Position numbers and translations under genes: made by a program. DNA of 64,000 nt from Bacteriovoracia bacterium (GTDB taxonomy: Bacteria; Bdellovibrionota; UBA1018; JBFWNL01), in NCBI GenBank assembly GCA_050251055.1, contig JBFWNL010000006.1:5460-69459 (forward strand), read 5' to 3'. The stretch's first letter is position 1, and each line of letters begins with the position of its first letter. The notes beneath the pieces were generated by a model. It did not search any database, was not told the origin of the DNA, and worked only from the letters and a program-made list of their open reading frames with translations. Positions 17,422-26,056 of the stretch are shown here, piece after piece.

Positions 17422-18696
17422 TTACTCGCGGCCGGGCAATGCCGCCGCGGATTCAATCATCCCCCGCACGCTGACTTGTCCCGTGTAGTTTCCGAAAAGA
17501 ACCCGTCCGGGTTGAGCGGCCCAACCACGCGCGGCATCCCACGTTTCTAGTAACGCGTGATTGTAAATTGGGATCGCCGCTGGCCAGCGGAAAAGGCGGG
17601 CTTCGAGGACTTCGATCGCCGTCCCGAAAAGTCTAGAAGTTTCTTGGGTGGCGATCTGTACCAGGGTTTCGTCGGATTCCTGAAGGGCTCGGGGATCACC
17701 GGTGCCTCCGATCATCACGGTATACGAGGCGTGCGCATCGTCGATGACCCGATCTGGAAACGCGCTCGAGTTAAAAAGCACGCCTAAAATTCGATACCCT
17801 TCTCCCCGGGGGATCAGCACCCCGACGCCTCTCGGGTGCGCGCGATCTTTTCGAACAATCAAGGTAAGGCTGATCAAAGGCGCGTACTGGACTCGTTTGA
17901 GAGCGGCGACGATCGCCCCCGAGTCTGGGAACCTCAAGAGTGGGATCGTGGCGGCCGGCGCCGAGGTGCAGATCGCCACGTTATGCAGTGGGATCGCGGA
18001 TAAGGCGCTATGGGCGAGCTGGATTTTGACCCCGGAGGCTTCTAGTGCGGCTTGGAGCTTTTTTATAATTTCTCCCATTCCGCCGCGAGGAGTAACCATG
18101 GGCCCGCGAGCCGGGCGTGAGGATCTGGGTTTGGTTAACTGCGCGCGCGCGAGGCTACGCCCGGGAGCGACGCTCAGCCGTGGAAAAGCCGCCGCTTGCG
18201 CTAACTCGTCGGGGGTACAGGCGTAGATTCCCGTCACCATTGGACCGACCAGATACCGTAAGGCCTTCTCACCCAGATGGCGGCGGGTCCACTCCGCGAG
18301 GGTGGGGCCTCCGACGGAGTCGGTCATGGGAGCGGTGTGGGATAGGGCGCGTATTAACAGGCCACCCATTTCCAGAACGCCCAAAGGGAACTTGCGCAGC
18401 CGGCCTTCGCGCAGGATGTAGCGAGCGGTGGCTTCGGGATGGACTCCCGTGAAATTCACTCCGATCTCGCGCATGAACTCCATAACAGACGGTGGCGCGA
18501 GCAGGGAGTGCGCGGCCTGCTCGGCGATTCCGGTCGCCAGCGAATCCGTTTGGATCATGCCGCCGAGACGGTCGGATTTCTCGATGAGCGTGGCTTGGTA
18601 ACCCCGTTTTTGCGCGTAGAAGGCAAACAGCATCCCCGCGATCCCGCCGCCGATCACCGTGACTTCACGTTGCCGGGGATCGAGGGTGCCGATCAC
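17422..18696 (-). CDS. hemY: Protoporphyrinogen oxidase (FAD-dependent, HemY/PgoX type)
   Basis: The N-terminal FAD fold VTVIGGGIAGMLFAFYAQKRGYQATLIEKSDRLGGMI and the ~424 aa length fit. It is the last gene of the heme operon and overlaps hemH by 4 bp. Confidence 0.75.
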   Translation of the reverse strand: MIGTLDPRQREVTVIGGGIAGMLFAFYAQKRGYQATLIEKSDRLGGMIQTDSLATGIAEQAAHSLLAPPSVMEFMREIGVNFTGVHPEATARYILREGRLRKFPLGVLEMGGLLIRALSHTAPMTDSVGGPTLAEWTRRHLGEKALRYLVGPMVTGIYACTPDELAQAAAFPRLSVAPGRSLARAQLTKPRSSRPARGPMVTPRGGMGEIIKKLQAALEASGVKIQLAHSALSAIPLHNVAICTSAPAATIPLLRFPDSGAIVAALKRVQYAPLISLTLIVRKDRAHPRGVGVLIPRGEGYRILGVLFNSSAFPDRVIDDAHASYTVMIGGTGDPRALQESDETLVQIATQETSRLFGTAIEVLEARLFRWPAAIPIYNHALLETWDAARGWAAQPGRVLFGNYTGQVSVRGMIESAAALPGRE

Positions 18697-19646
18697 AGCG
18701 CCGGTTCCGCCAGCGCCTTGAGCACTTCGGCGAACTCAGGATCGTCATTGAACGAGCGCGAGCGACTGTAGTGAGTAATTCCTGCATTTTTCGCATGATC
18801 GGCGAAGAGCATGTCGATCTCATAAAGCGTCTCAATGTGATCGCTCACGAAGCTGATCGGGACGATTACTAGGTTGCGGCAACCCTCGGCGGCCAGCCGG
18901 TCAATCTCGTTTTCCGTGTAAGGCTGTAGCCAAGGTAATCGACCGTTGCGCGATTGAAACGCGAGCGACCACGGAGCCCGTAGTCCTTTGCTTACAGCTT
19001 GCACGGTTTTATTCACCTCTTCCGGGTAAGGATCGCCGCGTTGGATAATCTTCATGGGGAGAGAGTGTGCGGAAAAGAGCACGTGTACGGGCTCGGGGTG
19101 GCGCGAGGCCTCCGCCACCGCTTCGTCGACGGTCCGGCGCAAAAGCGCGATATAAGGAGGGAAGTCAGGCCAACTCGTGATCGTGGTTCGCTTCGGCCGC
19201 CAGTCCATCTTTTTGAGCTGGGTCTCCACTTCCTCCAGGCAAGTCTTGGAAGTCGTGGTCGAGTACTGAGGGAAGAGCGGGAGCAGGATTAAATGCTCGA
19301 TCCCGGCGGCGCGCAACTCGTCCAGGGTTTGGCGGATCGGCGGGCGCCAGACCCGCATGCCGACGCTCACTGGCACGTCTCTTCCGGTTTTTTTTAGTGC
19401 GTGCCGCAGACCATCGACTTGTAGACGCGTCCAACGCAGCTGTGGGGATCCGCCTCCGATCAGAGCGTAGCTCCGGCGCGAGGAAGGCCCTTTGATCCGT
19501 GAAATCAAGTAAGCCAGGATCTGGCGAACGGGCGCGGGGATTCCCACCAGCACGTTCGGGTCGGAGAAAAGATTATAGAGGAACGGCACGACTTCGTCGT
19601 TCGTGTCGGGTCCGCCGAAATTCAGGAGGAGAATGCCGGTTTTCAT
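18693..19646 (-). CDS. hemH: Ferrochelatase
   Basis: MKTGILLLNFGGPDTNDEVVPFL matches the ferrochelatase N-terminus. It is 317 aa and overlaps hemN by 4 bp. Confidence 0.9.
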   Translation of the reverse strand: MKTGILLLNFGGPDTNDEVVPFLYNLFSDPNVLVGIPAPVRQILAYLISRIKGPSSRRSYALIGGGSPQLRWTRLQVDGLRHALKKTGRDVPVSVGMRVWRPPIRQTLDELRAAGIEHLILLPLFPQYSTTTSKTCLEEVETQLKKMDWRPKRTTITSWPDFPPYIALLRRTVDEAVAEASRHPEPVHVLFSAHSLPMKIIQRGDPYPEEVNKTVQAVSKGLRAPWSLAFQSRNGRLPWLQPYTENEIDRLAAEGCRNLVIVPISFVSDHIETLYEIDMLFADHAKNAGITHYSRSRSFNDDPEFAEVLKALAEPAL

Positions 19647-21025
19647 ATCGTTTTGCTAAAAAGTTGCGTGCCTGGGGCCTTGGCCGTCAGGCGTGCGTCG
19701 AAGGCCATGCAGATGTTGCGTAAATAAGGCCGGCCGCTTTCGGTGATTCGGCACGTTTTTCCGTCAATCTCCACCAAGCCATCGCTCAAGAGCTCGGCGA
19801 GTCTTCCGGGAACGCTTTCGAGATAGGGGGTGTACTGGGCGGACTGCTCCCATCGGGTCTCGAAGCGGGTCATGAGGTTGAGGATGTGGCGACGGATCAC
19901 GAGGTCTTCTTCAGTGAGTAGATGTCCGCGAATCAGCGGCACCTCGCCGGACTCCACGCGCTGGGTGTACTTTTCCAATAATTTTTCGTTTTGGGCGAAG
20001 GCGGTTGTGGAATCGCCGATGGCCGAAACGCCCAGGCCGATCAAGGGCGAAACCTGCTGGGGAATGTAGCCCATGAAGTTACGGTGGAGCCGGCCGCTTT
20101 GAGTGGCCTGCCAGAGGGCGTCGCTCTCTAGCGCGAAGTGATCCATGCCGATCTCGCGGTAGCCCGCCTCCTCGAGCATCGCGCGCCCCAGCTCGTAAAG
20201 CGCGCGCTTCTCATCGCCGTCGGGCAGGTCGGCCTCCGTGAACCGGCGTTGGCTCGCCTTGATCCATGGTACGTGCGCGTAGGCGTAAAACGCGATGCGG
20301 TCGGGGCGTAGGCGGATGACGGTTTCGATCGTGTTGCGGACGCTGTCACGCGTCTGGAACGGTAATCCGTAGATCAAGTCATAATTGATGCTTTGGAAGC
20401 CCTTTTCGCGTGCCTCTTTTGTGAGGGCTTCCACTTGTTCCACGCTCTGCACGCGGTTCACGATCTCTTGCACCTTGGGATCAAAGTCCTGGATGCCCAA
20501 GCTTAAACGGGTAAAGCCGAGCCCGCTGAGTACCCGTAGGTGGTCTGGATTCGTGACCCGGGGGTCGGCCTCGATGGAGAATTCCGAGTGCGTCGCGCGT
20601 TCGCAGGTGGCGAAGAGGCCTTCGAGCAACTCTTTCAACTCTTCCGGAGTATAAAAGGTGGGCGTTCCCCCGCCGAGGTGCAGCTCCGCCAACGGGTAAG
20701 TCGAAATTCCCAGACGCTCGCGGTAAGTTGCCCATTCCTTCAAAAGCGTCTTCGTATAGGGCTGGCTGACCCCGTGATTGCGCGTGATGCGGGTGTTGCA
20801 GCCGCAGTACGTGCAGAGCCGCTCGCAGAACGGGATGTGGAGGTAAAGCGCGCCGCCTTGCTTTTCCTGCTTGGCCGTCGACAGGGCACTGGAAAGATGC
20901 CCGATCCACTGCTCCGGCGTGGGATTCGTCTCCCAGTAAGGCACCGTGGGGTAGCTAGTGTAGCGAGGACCCGGGACATTATACTTCTTCAGGAGCGGCG
21001 TGGCCGCGTGAGAAGGTCGGTTCAT
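19643..21025 (-). CDS. hemN: Oxygen-independent coproporphyrinogen III oxidase (radical SAM)
   Basis: Has the radical-SAM CxxxCxxC motif (CERLCTYCGCN) and the HemN N-terminus YTSYPTVPYW. I chose the start MNRPSH, which gives an ATGA overlap with hemE. Confidence 0.9.
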   Translation of the reverse strand: MNRPSHAATPLLKKYNVPGPRYTSYPTVPYWETNPTPEQWIGHLSSALSTAKQEKQGGALYLHIPFCERLCTYCGCNTRITRNHGVSQPYTKTLLKEWATYRERLGISTYPLAELHLGGGTPTFYTPEELKELLEGLFATCERATHSEFSIEADPRVTNPDHLRVLSGLGFTRLSLGIQDFDPKVQEIVNRVQSVEQVEALTKEAREKGFQSINYDLIYGLPFQTRDSVRNTIETVIRLRPDRIAFYAYAHVPWIKASQRRFTEADLPDGDEKRALYELGRAMLEEAGYREIGMDHFALESDALWQATQSGRLHRNFMGYIPQQVSPLIGLGVSAIGDSTTAFAQNEKLLEKYTQRVESGEVPLIRGHLLTEEDLVIRRHILNLMTRFETRWEQSAQYTPYLESVPGRLAELLSDGLVEIDGKTCRITESGRPYLRNICMAFDARLTAKAPGTQLFSKTI

Positions 21026-22086
21026 GCGAAAACCTCCCGTACGAGCTGCACGAAGCGGCGTACGTTCTCTTCCGGGGTCTTTGGGAGCACTCCGTGCCCT
21101 AGGCCGCAGATCCAACCGGCGCGGGCGGACGCCGGTAGCTTCGCCACCTGGGCGAAGACCGCGCGCAGTTTTGTTTCAAGTTCCGGCCAAGGCAGGAACA
21201 TCCACTCGGGATCCACGTTGCCTTGGATCGCCCAGTGCTGGCCCCAGTCCCGGAGCGTAGCCGCCAAATCATTGTGCCAATCAATTCCGAGGCAATGGAT
21301 GGGTAGGCCCACGAGGTGTCGCCAGTAATCGGCATTCGTACCCTTGGAATAGTAAGTGACGAGGGTGTCGGGAGCGCCGCGCTTGAAGGCTTCGAGTACC
21401 TTTTGGTTCGCCGGCACGACGAGCTTGCCGTAAAGGTCGGGGCTGATTTCGCCGCCGCAGGTGTCCAATAGCGCCACGCAATCCGCCCCCGCCCGGGCTT
21501 GCAGAAGCATGTTTTCCACGAGCAACGGAATGAGTTTTTCCAGGAATGGCTCCCAGCGACCATCGGTTAAGGCCGCGCGAGCATCGGAAAGATCCCCCCG
21601 GTGGGAGCCGCTAACGGCGTAGAAAAAAAGCGTGAGCGGACCGCCGACGAATCCCAGTAGTCCCTTATGCGCCGGCAGGGTCCGGCGAATGAGCTTCATG
21701 GCGTCGCCCTGGAACTGCAGGTGTGAGACCAGCTCCGGGCCTGATCGCAGGCGGCCCACGTCCGCCGCGGATTTGATGTGCCAGCCCAGTTTCGGTCCGG
21801 CGTCGCCATATTCGAGTCCCGTTCCCATGACTTCCAACGGAAAGAGCAAATCAGAAAAGAGAATCGCGGCGTCGAAATCGAAATCGCGGATGGGGCCCAT
21901 CGTCGTTTCGCAGGCGACTTCGGGCAGCTTGCATAGCTCCATGAACGAATAGCGCTTACGGAGATTCTGATAATGCGCATGATAGCGCCCGGCCTGGCGC
22001 ATGAGCCAGACGGGCGGCGTGCCAGTGGTGTTTTTCTTTTGGGCCGCGAGGCGGAACAGGTTTTCGGATGGTTTTGGATTGGTCAT
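21022..22086 (-). CDS. hemE: Uroporphyrinogen decarboxylase
   Basis: PPVWLMRQAGRY is the HemE signature. It is 354 aa. Confidence 0.9.
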   Translation of the reverse strand: MTNPKPSENLFRLAAQKKNTTGTPPVWLMRQAGRYHAHYQNLRKRYSFMELCKLPEVACETTMGPIRDFDFDAAILFSDLLFPLEVMGTGLEYGDAGPKLGWHIKSAADVGRLRSGPELVSHLQFQGDAMKLIRRTLPAHKGLLGFVGGPLTLFFYAVSGSHRGDLSDARAALTDGRWEPFLEKLIPLLVENMLLQARAGADCVALLDTCGGEISPDLYGKLVVPANQKVLEAFKRGAPDTLVTYYSKGTNADYWRHLVGLPIHCLGIDWHNDLAATLRDWGQHWAIQGNVDPEWMFLPWPELETKLRAVFAQVAKLPASARAGWICGLGHGVLPKTPEENVRRFVQLVREVFA

Positions 22087-22778
22087 ATCAGTTGGTATCC
22101 CACGCCGCGCACGCTCTTGATGGCGACCGGATTTTCCGGATCAATCTCCACGATTTTTCGCAGTTTCAAGACGAAATTATCCACCGTGCGCGAGGTCGGG
22201 AACTCGTTCTCCGACCAGACGAAGTTTAGAATTTCGTCGCGGCTTACGACTTTTCCACGGCGTTCGGCTAGGAACTTCAGCAGCGCGCACTCCTTGTGGG
22301 TCAAGGGATGGGTTTCCTTGCCCACGTGGGCTTCGAATTTCGAAAAATGGATGGTGGCGCGGCCGATGACCGCGGCTTCTTCGGTGCCGGGCAGGTCGGA
22401 GAAAAATTTCGCGCGCTTGAGGGCGTTTTGTATGCGTAGTAACAGCTCCTTGAAATGGAAGGGCTTGACGACGTAGTCTTCCGCGCCGAGCTCGAGTCCG
22501 CGGATGCGATCGTCCGGGTTGGCGAACGCCGTGAGAAAGATGATGGCGGTTCCCTTGCTTTGCTGACGGACGATTTTCGCGAGATCGAAGCCGGATCCGT
22601 CGGGCAGGCCCACGTCGAGCAGCGCCAGCTGGAACTTGCGCTGGCTTACCTCGTGATGGGCTTCGGCAAAGGTTTTGGCCCAAGCGATGTCGAAGCCTTC
22701 CTGTTTCAGGCGCTCTACCAGCGTCGAGCCCACGTTTTTTTCGTCTTCCACGATGAGCAGTTTCACGGCATCAGCCAT
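22083..22778 (-). CDS. OmpR/PhoB-family response regulator embedded in the heme operon
   Basis: It has a receiver domain (LLIVEDE...D...LPDGSG...K) and a C-terminal winged helix (VSRDEILNFVW...VDNFVLKLRK...GVGYQL). I chose the start MADAVKLLIVEDE. Confidence 0.85.
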   Translation of the reverse strand: MADAVKLLIVEDEKNVGSTLVERLKQEGFDIAWAKTFAEAHHEVSQRKFQLALLDVGLPDGSGFDLAKIVRQQSKGTAIIFLTAFANPDDRIRGLELGAEDYVVKPFHFKELLLRIQNALKRAKFFSDLPGTEEAAVIGRATIHFSKFEAHVGKETHPLTHKECALLKFLAERRGKVVSRDEILNFVWSENEFPTSRTVDNFVLKLRKIVEIDPENPVAIKSVRGVGYQLI

Positions 22779-23736
22779 GGCTTTCTCCGTTGTGCAGTGA
22801 AATGTCGGCTTGAAACCCGCGGTGGCCGGCGGCATCGGCGCGCGTGTTCGCCCGCCGCCGTTCGAATGAGATCTTTCCCTTCATCTTTTCAACGAGATTC
22901 TTGCTGAGGTAAAGACCCACCCCCGCGCCCTGGGATTGGGCGCCTTTGTGGAAAAGCTTCCCGAGCTCGGCGCCTTCGGCGCCGATGCCTACGCCATCGT
23001 CCTCAAAATGAATTTTCACGAGGCCGTTGGATTGTTTCACCCGGATTTGTACCAATACTGGCGAGCGACCGGAGTGGCGGATGGAATTCTCCACCAAGTT
23101 TTTGAGCACGATCTGCAGCGCATTCGGATCGGCGTAGAGATGGCAATCGTCCACGTCCACTTCCAGCCGGATGGAGTCAGTGTACATCTCACGCCAGCCC
23201 TGAACGAGACGGTCGAGCCAAGGTCTCACGCGAAAGACTTGATTGAATAGGGCGCCACCGCCCTCCACGCGCGCGAGCTCGAGCGTGCGCTCCACCTGGG
23301 ACTCCAGGCGGCTCGTGTCCTCGAGTAGACGCCGGGCAAGATTGCGCTGGGGGCTGTCGGCCGCCACCCCATCGGCGATGGATTCGGATTGCAGGCGGAT
23401 GCTGGTCAGCGGGGTTTTTAGTTCATGGGTGACGGAAGCGAAAAACGCCTCGAGCGAACGCGAGCGCCGCACATCGCGCCAGTAGTACCAAATCAATCCG
23501 CCCGATACGAGCAGGAGGAGCGCGATGAAGGTGGCCGACTCCCAAAAGAGCATTCGCTGGGTTTTCGCCCACTGGTGATTGGCAATATCGGTGGCGATGC
23601 CGGCCAAGGCTTCGAGCTCGGCGATACGCTGGGCTTGGCGCCACATCACGTAACCCCACCACGCCGAAAGCACGCATAGGATCCCCAGCCACGCGAGCTG
23701 CAGGATAAACATGGTGCGGAGGCGAGGTTGCTTCAT
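22771..23736 (-). CDS. Sensor histidine kinase (two TM helices, minimal periplasmic loop, HisKA + HATPase_c)
   Basis: It has an H-box FFASVTHELKTPLTSI, an N-box LVENSIRHS, and G-boxes DDGVGIG and GAGVGL. The start is placed at MKQPRLRTMFIL. The upstream 127 codons of the ORF are Arg/Pro-rich and unlikely to be translated. Confidence 0.8.
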   Translation of the reverse strand: MKQPRLRTMFILQLAWLGILCVLSAWWGYVMWRQAQRIAELEALAGIATDIANHQWAKTQRMLFWESATFIALLLLVSGGLIWYYWRDVRRSRSLEAFFASVTHELKTPLTSIRLQSESIADGVAADSPQRNLARRLLEDTSRLESQVERTLELARVEGGGALFNQVFRVRPWLDRLVQGWREMYTDSIRLEVDVDDCHLYADPNALQIVLKNLVENSIRHSGRSPVLVQIRVKQSNGLVKIHFEDDGVGIGAEGAELGKLFHKGAQSQGAGVGLYLSKNLVEKMKGKISFERRRANTRADAAGHRGFQADISLHNGESHG

Positions 23737-23744
23737 GTTTTGCC

Positions 23745-25040
23745 TTAGGCGCCCTTCTTTAGGTAGTTTTCGAGGGTAGCGAGGAACTGATCCACGTCGC
23801 GGGGGGCGTGGGGGGTCGCTAAAAACCCGACTTCGTAACCGCTCGGGGCTAGGTAGATTCCCTGGTCCAGGAAGTAGTGAAAGAGCTTCGCGAAGCGTTC
23901 TTTCTGCGCGCCGGGAATGGCTTCGATCGCGCGGACGGTGTCGCCTTGACGGGCGGCGACCATCCAGAACATCGAGCTCTCCGATTGCGCCCGCAGCTCG
24001 GCGCCGTAACGAGCGGCCAAGTTGTTGATGCCTTTCTCCAGGCTCTCGGTCAGCGAGCGCAGGCGGGCATAGGGGTTCTCGCGCTTTAGCTTCTTCAACG
24101 TGGCGAGCCCCGCGCACATGGCGACGGGGTTCGCGCTCAGGGTACCCGCCTGGTAGACGGCGCCCACGGGGGCCACGTGATCCATCAGGTCCGCCCGGCC
24201 GGCGTAAGCTCCGACGGGAAATCCTCCGCCGATGATTTTACCGTAAGTCACCAGGTCCGGCACGATGCCGGTCACTTCGGCCATGCCGCCGAGAGCCGTG
24301 CGGAACCCGGTGATGACTTCGTCGAAGATCAAAAGCGCCCCGTTTTGCTTGCAGAGTTCGGCGAGCTTTTTCAAAAAGCCCGGGGTCTGCGGCAGTAGCC
24401 CATTATTGGCGGGAATAGGCTCCACGATCACGGCCGCGAGTTCTTTCCCGTGCTGGGCGAAAATCTTCTCTAAGGCGACGGGTTGGTTCAACGGCGCGAC
24501 GAGGGTGTCTTTGGCGCAGCCTTCGGTGACGCCCGCGCTGTCGGGACTCGCCATTTCGGCCAAGCCCGAGCCCGCGCGCACCAGCATGGAGTCGGCGTGA
24601 CCGTGATAGCACCCGTCGAACTTGAGAATCTTACTACGGCCGGTAGCGCCGCGGGCCACGCGTAGGGCCGACATCACGGCCTCGGTTCCGGAGTTCACGA
24701 AGCGGACTTTTTTTACGTGCGGTAGGTGCTGGGTCATCCATTCCGCTAGTTCGAGCGAGTAGGGTTCGGCCGCGCCATATGTCCAGCCCCGGTTGATGGC
24801 CGAATGTACGGCCTCGGCGACATCGGGGTCCTGGTGGCCCAGGATGAGCGGGCCCCACGATAAGCAGTAATCGGTGTAAGTCTTTCCTTCCACGTCGGTG
24901 ATCTGCACGCCCTTGGCGCCTTGGATGAAACGGGGGTGTCCGCCGACGCCGCGAAAGCCGCGCACGGGCGAATGCACGCCGCCTGGGGAGACCGCTTTGG
25001 CGCGTTCGAATAACTTCAAGGAGTCCATTTTTGTCGTCAT
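23745..25040 (-). CDS. hemL: Glutamate-1-semialdehyde 2,1-aminomutase
   Basis: It has the HemL N-terminus LFERAKAVSPGGVHSPVRGF and a PLP class-III aminotransferase fold. The start is at MTTKMDSLK; an alternative ATG lies 12 nt downstream. Confidence 0.9.
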   Translation of the reverse strand: MTTKMDSLKLFERAKAVSPGGVHSPVRGFRGVGGHPRFIQGAKGVQITDVEGKTYTDYCLSWGPLILGHQDPDVAEAVHSAINRGWTYGAAEPYSLELAEWMTQHLPHVKKVRFVNSGTEAVMSALRVARGATGRSKILKFDGCYHGHADSMLVRAGSGLAEMASPDSAGVTEGCAKDTLVAPLNQPVALEKIFAQHGKELAAVIVEPIPANNGLLPQTPGFLKKLAELCKQNGALLIFDEVITGFRTALGGMAEVTGIVPDLVTYGKIIGGGFPVGAYAGRADLMDHVAPVGAVYQAGTLSANPVAMCAGLATLKKLKRENPYARLRSLTESLEKGINNLAARYGAELRAQSESSMFWMVAARQGDTVRAIEAIPGAQKERFAKLFHYFLDQGIYLAPSGYEVGFLATPHAPRDVDQFLATLENYLKKGA

Positions 25041-25045
25041 TTTAT

Positions 25046-26056
25046 CTATTCCTCTAACCATTTTTTCGCTTCGCGCGCGCCGTAGGTGATGATCATCTGC
25101 GCGCCGGCACGCCGGAACGCCGTCCACGCTTCCACGTGCGCGGCCGGCCCCGTCATTAGGCCTTGCTTTGCCAGTAGCTCGATCGCGGCATACTCTCCGC
25201 TCACTTCGTAAACCGCCCACGGCAGTCGAATCTCCTGCGACAGCCTTGCCAGCATATCGAGATACGGTAACCCCGGTTTCACCATCAAAATATCGGCGCC
25301 CTCCTGGGCGTCCCGCCAGGAGCTGGCCACCGCATCCGTCGGGCGTCCCGGATCGATTTGATAAGTCGCGCGGTCTTTTAGCCCGCCGCCTTTCGGTGCC
25401 GAGTCCGCGGCCACGCGGAAGGGTCCGTAAAACTTCGAATGAAACTTGGCTGAATAGCTCATGACGAGGGTTCGTTCGAGGCCGGCGCCGTCAAGCGCGC
25501 CGCGGATCGCGCCCACGCGGCCATCCATCATGTCGCTCGGGGCGACGCAATCGGCGCCCGCCTGCGCGTACTCCAGAGCCTGGCGTGCGAGCTCTTCCAC
25601 GGTCGCGGAATTCTCCAGGTGATCGCCCTCGGCGTTCAGGATGCCGCATTGCCCGTGGGTCGTGGCTGAGCACAGGCACACGTCCACGCCGATCCAAATG
25701 TCTTTTCCGAAACGCTGGCGCAGGGCCGCGATCTGGGTGGCGGTGAACGAAAAATCAAACTCCTCCGGGCGCTTGTCCCTGGGTACGCCGAAAACGAGGA
25801 ACTTCGACACGCCTTGCTCGAGGTCGGCCTCCACCTGTTTGAGTAAGCTGTTCGGCGTCTCGCGGTTCACGCCAGTAAGCCCCGGCACGGATTCGGGCGA
25901 TTTCAGGCCGTCGACGACGAAGCAGGGTTGAATCATCTGCTTTACGGTGGGTTGGTGTTCGCGCGCGAGCTCCCGAATCAACGGAGACTGCCGAAGTCGG
26001 CGCAGACTCATCGGGAATCGGTTCGGATTACCAGGATTACTCTTTGCATCACTCAT
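25046..26056 (-). CDS. hemB: Porphobilinogen synthase (delta-aminolevulinic acid dehydratase)
   Basis: I recognise the ALAD family by overall similarity across the ~337 aa catalytic region. I chose the start MSDAK; the longer ORF N-terminus is Pro/Arg/Trp-rich and rejected. Confidence 0.85.
   Translation of the reverse strand: MSDAKSNPGNPNRFPMSLRRLRQSPLIRELAREHQPTVKQMIQPCFVVDGLKSPESVPGLTGVNRETPNSLLKQVEADLEQGVSKFLVFGVPRDKRPEEFDFSFTATQIAALRQRFGKDIWIGVDVCLCSATTHGQCGILNAEGDHLENSATVEELARQALEYAQAGADCVAPSDMMDGRVGAIRGALDGAGLERTLVMSYSAKFHSKFYGPFRVAADSAPKGGGLKDRATYQIDPGRPTDAVASSWRDAQEGADILMVKPGLPYLDMLARLSQEIRLPWAVYEVSGEYAAIELLAKQGLMTGPAAHVEAWTAFRRAGAQMIITYGAREAKKWLEE

Noticed and set aside
22771-24117. 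Long form of the histidine kinase ORF (448 aa) with a 127 aa Arg/Pro-rich N-terminal extension
   Set aside because: The extension overlaps the hemL 3' end on the same strand in another frame and has a non-protein-like composition. The internal ATG at 23736 gives a canonical TM-TM-HisKA-HATPase protein.
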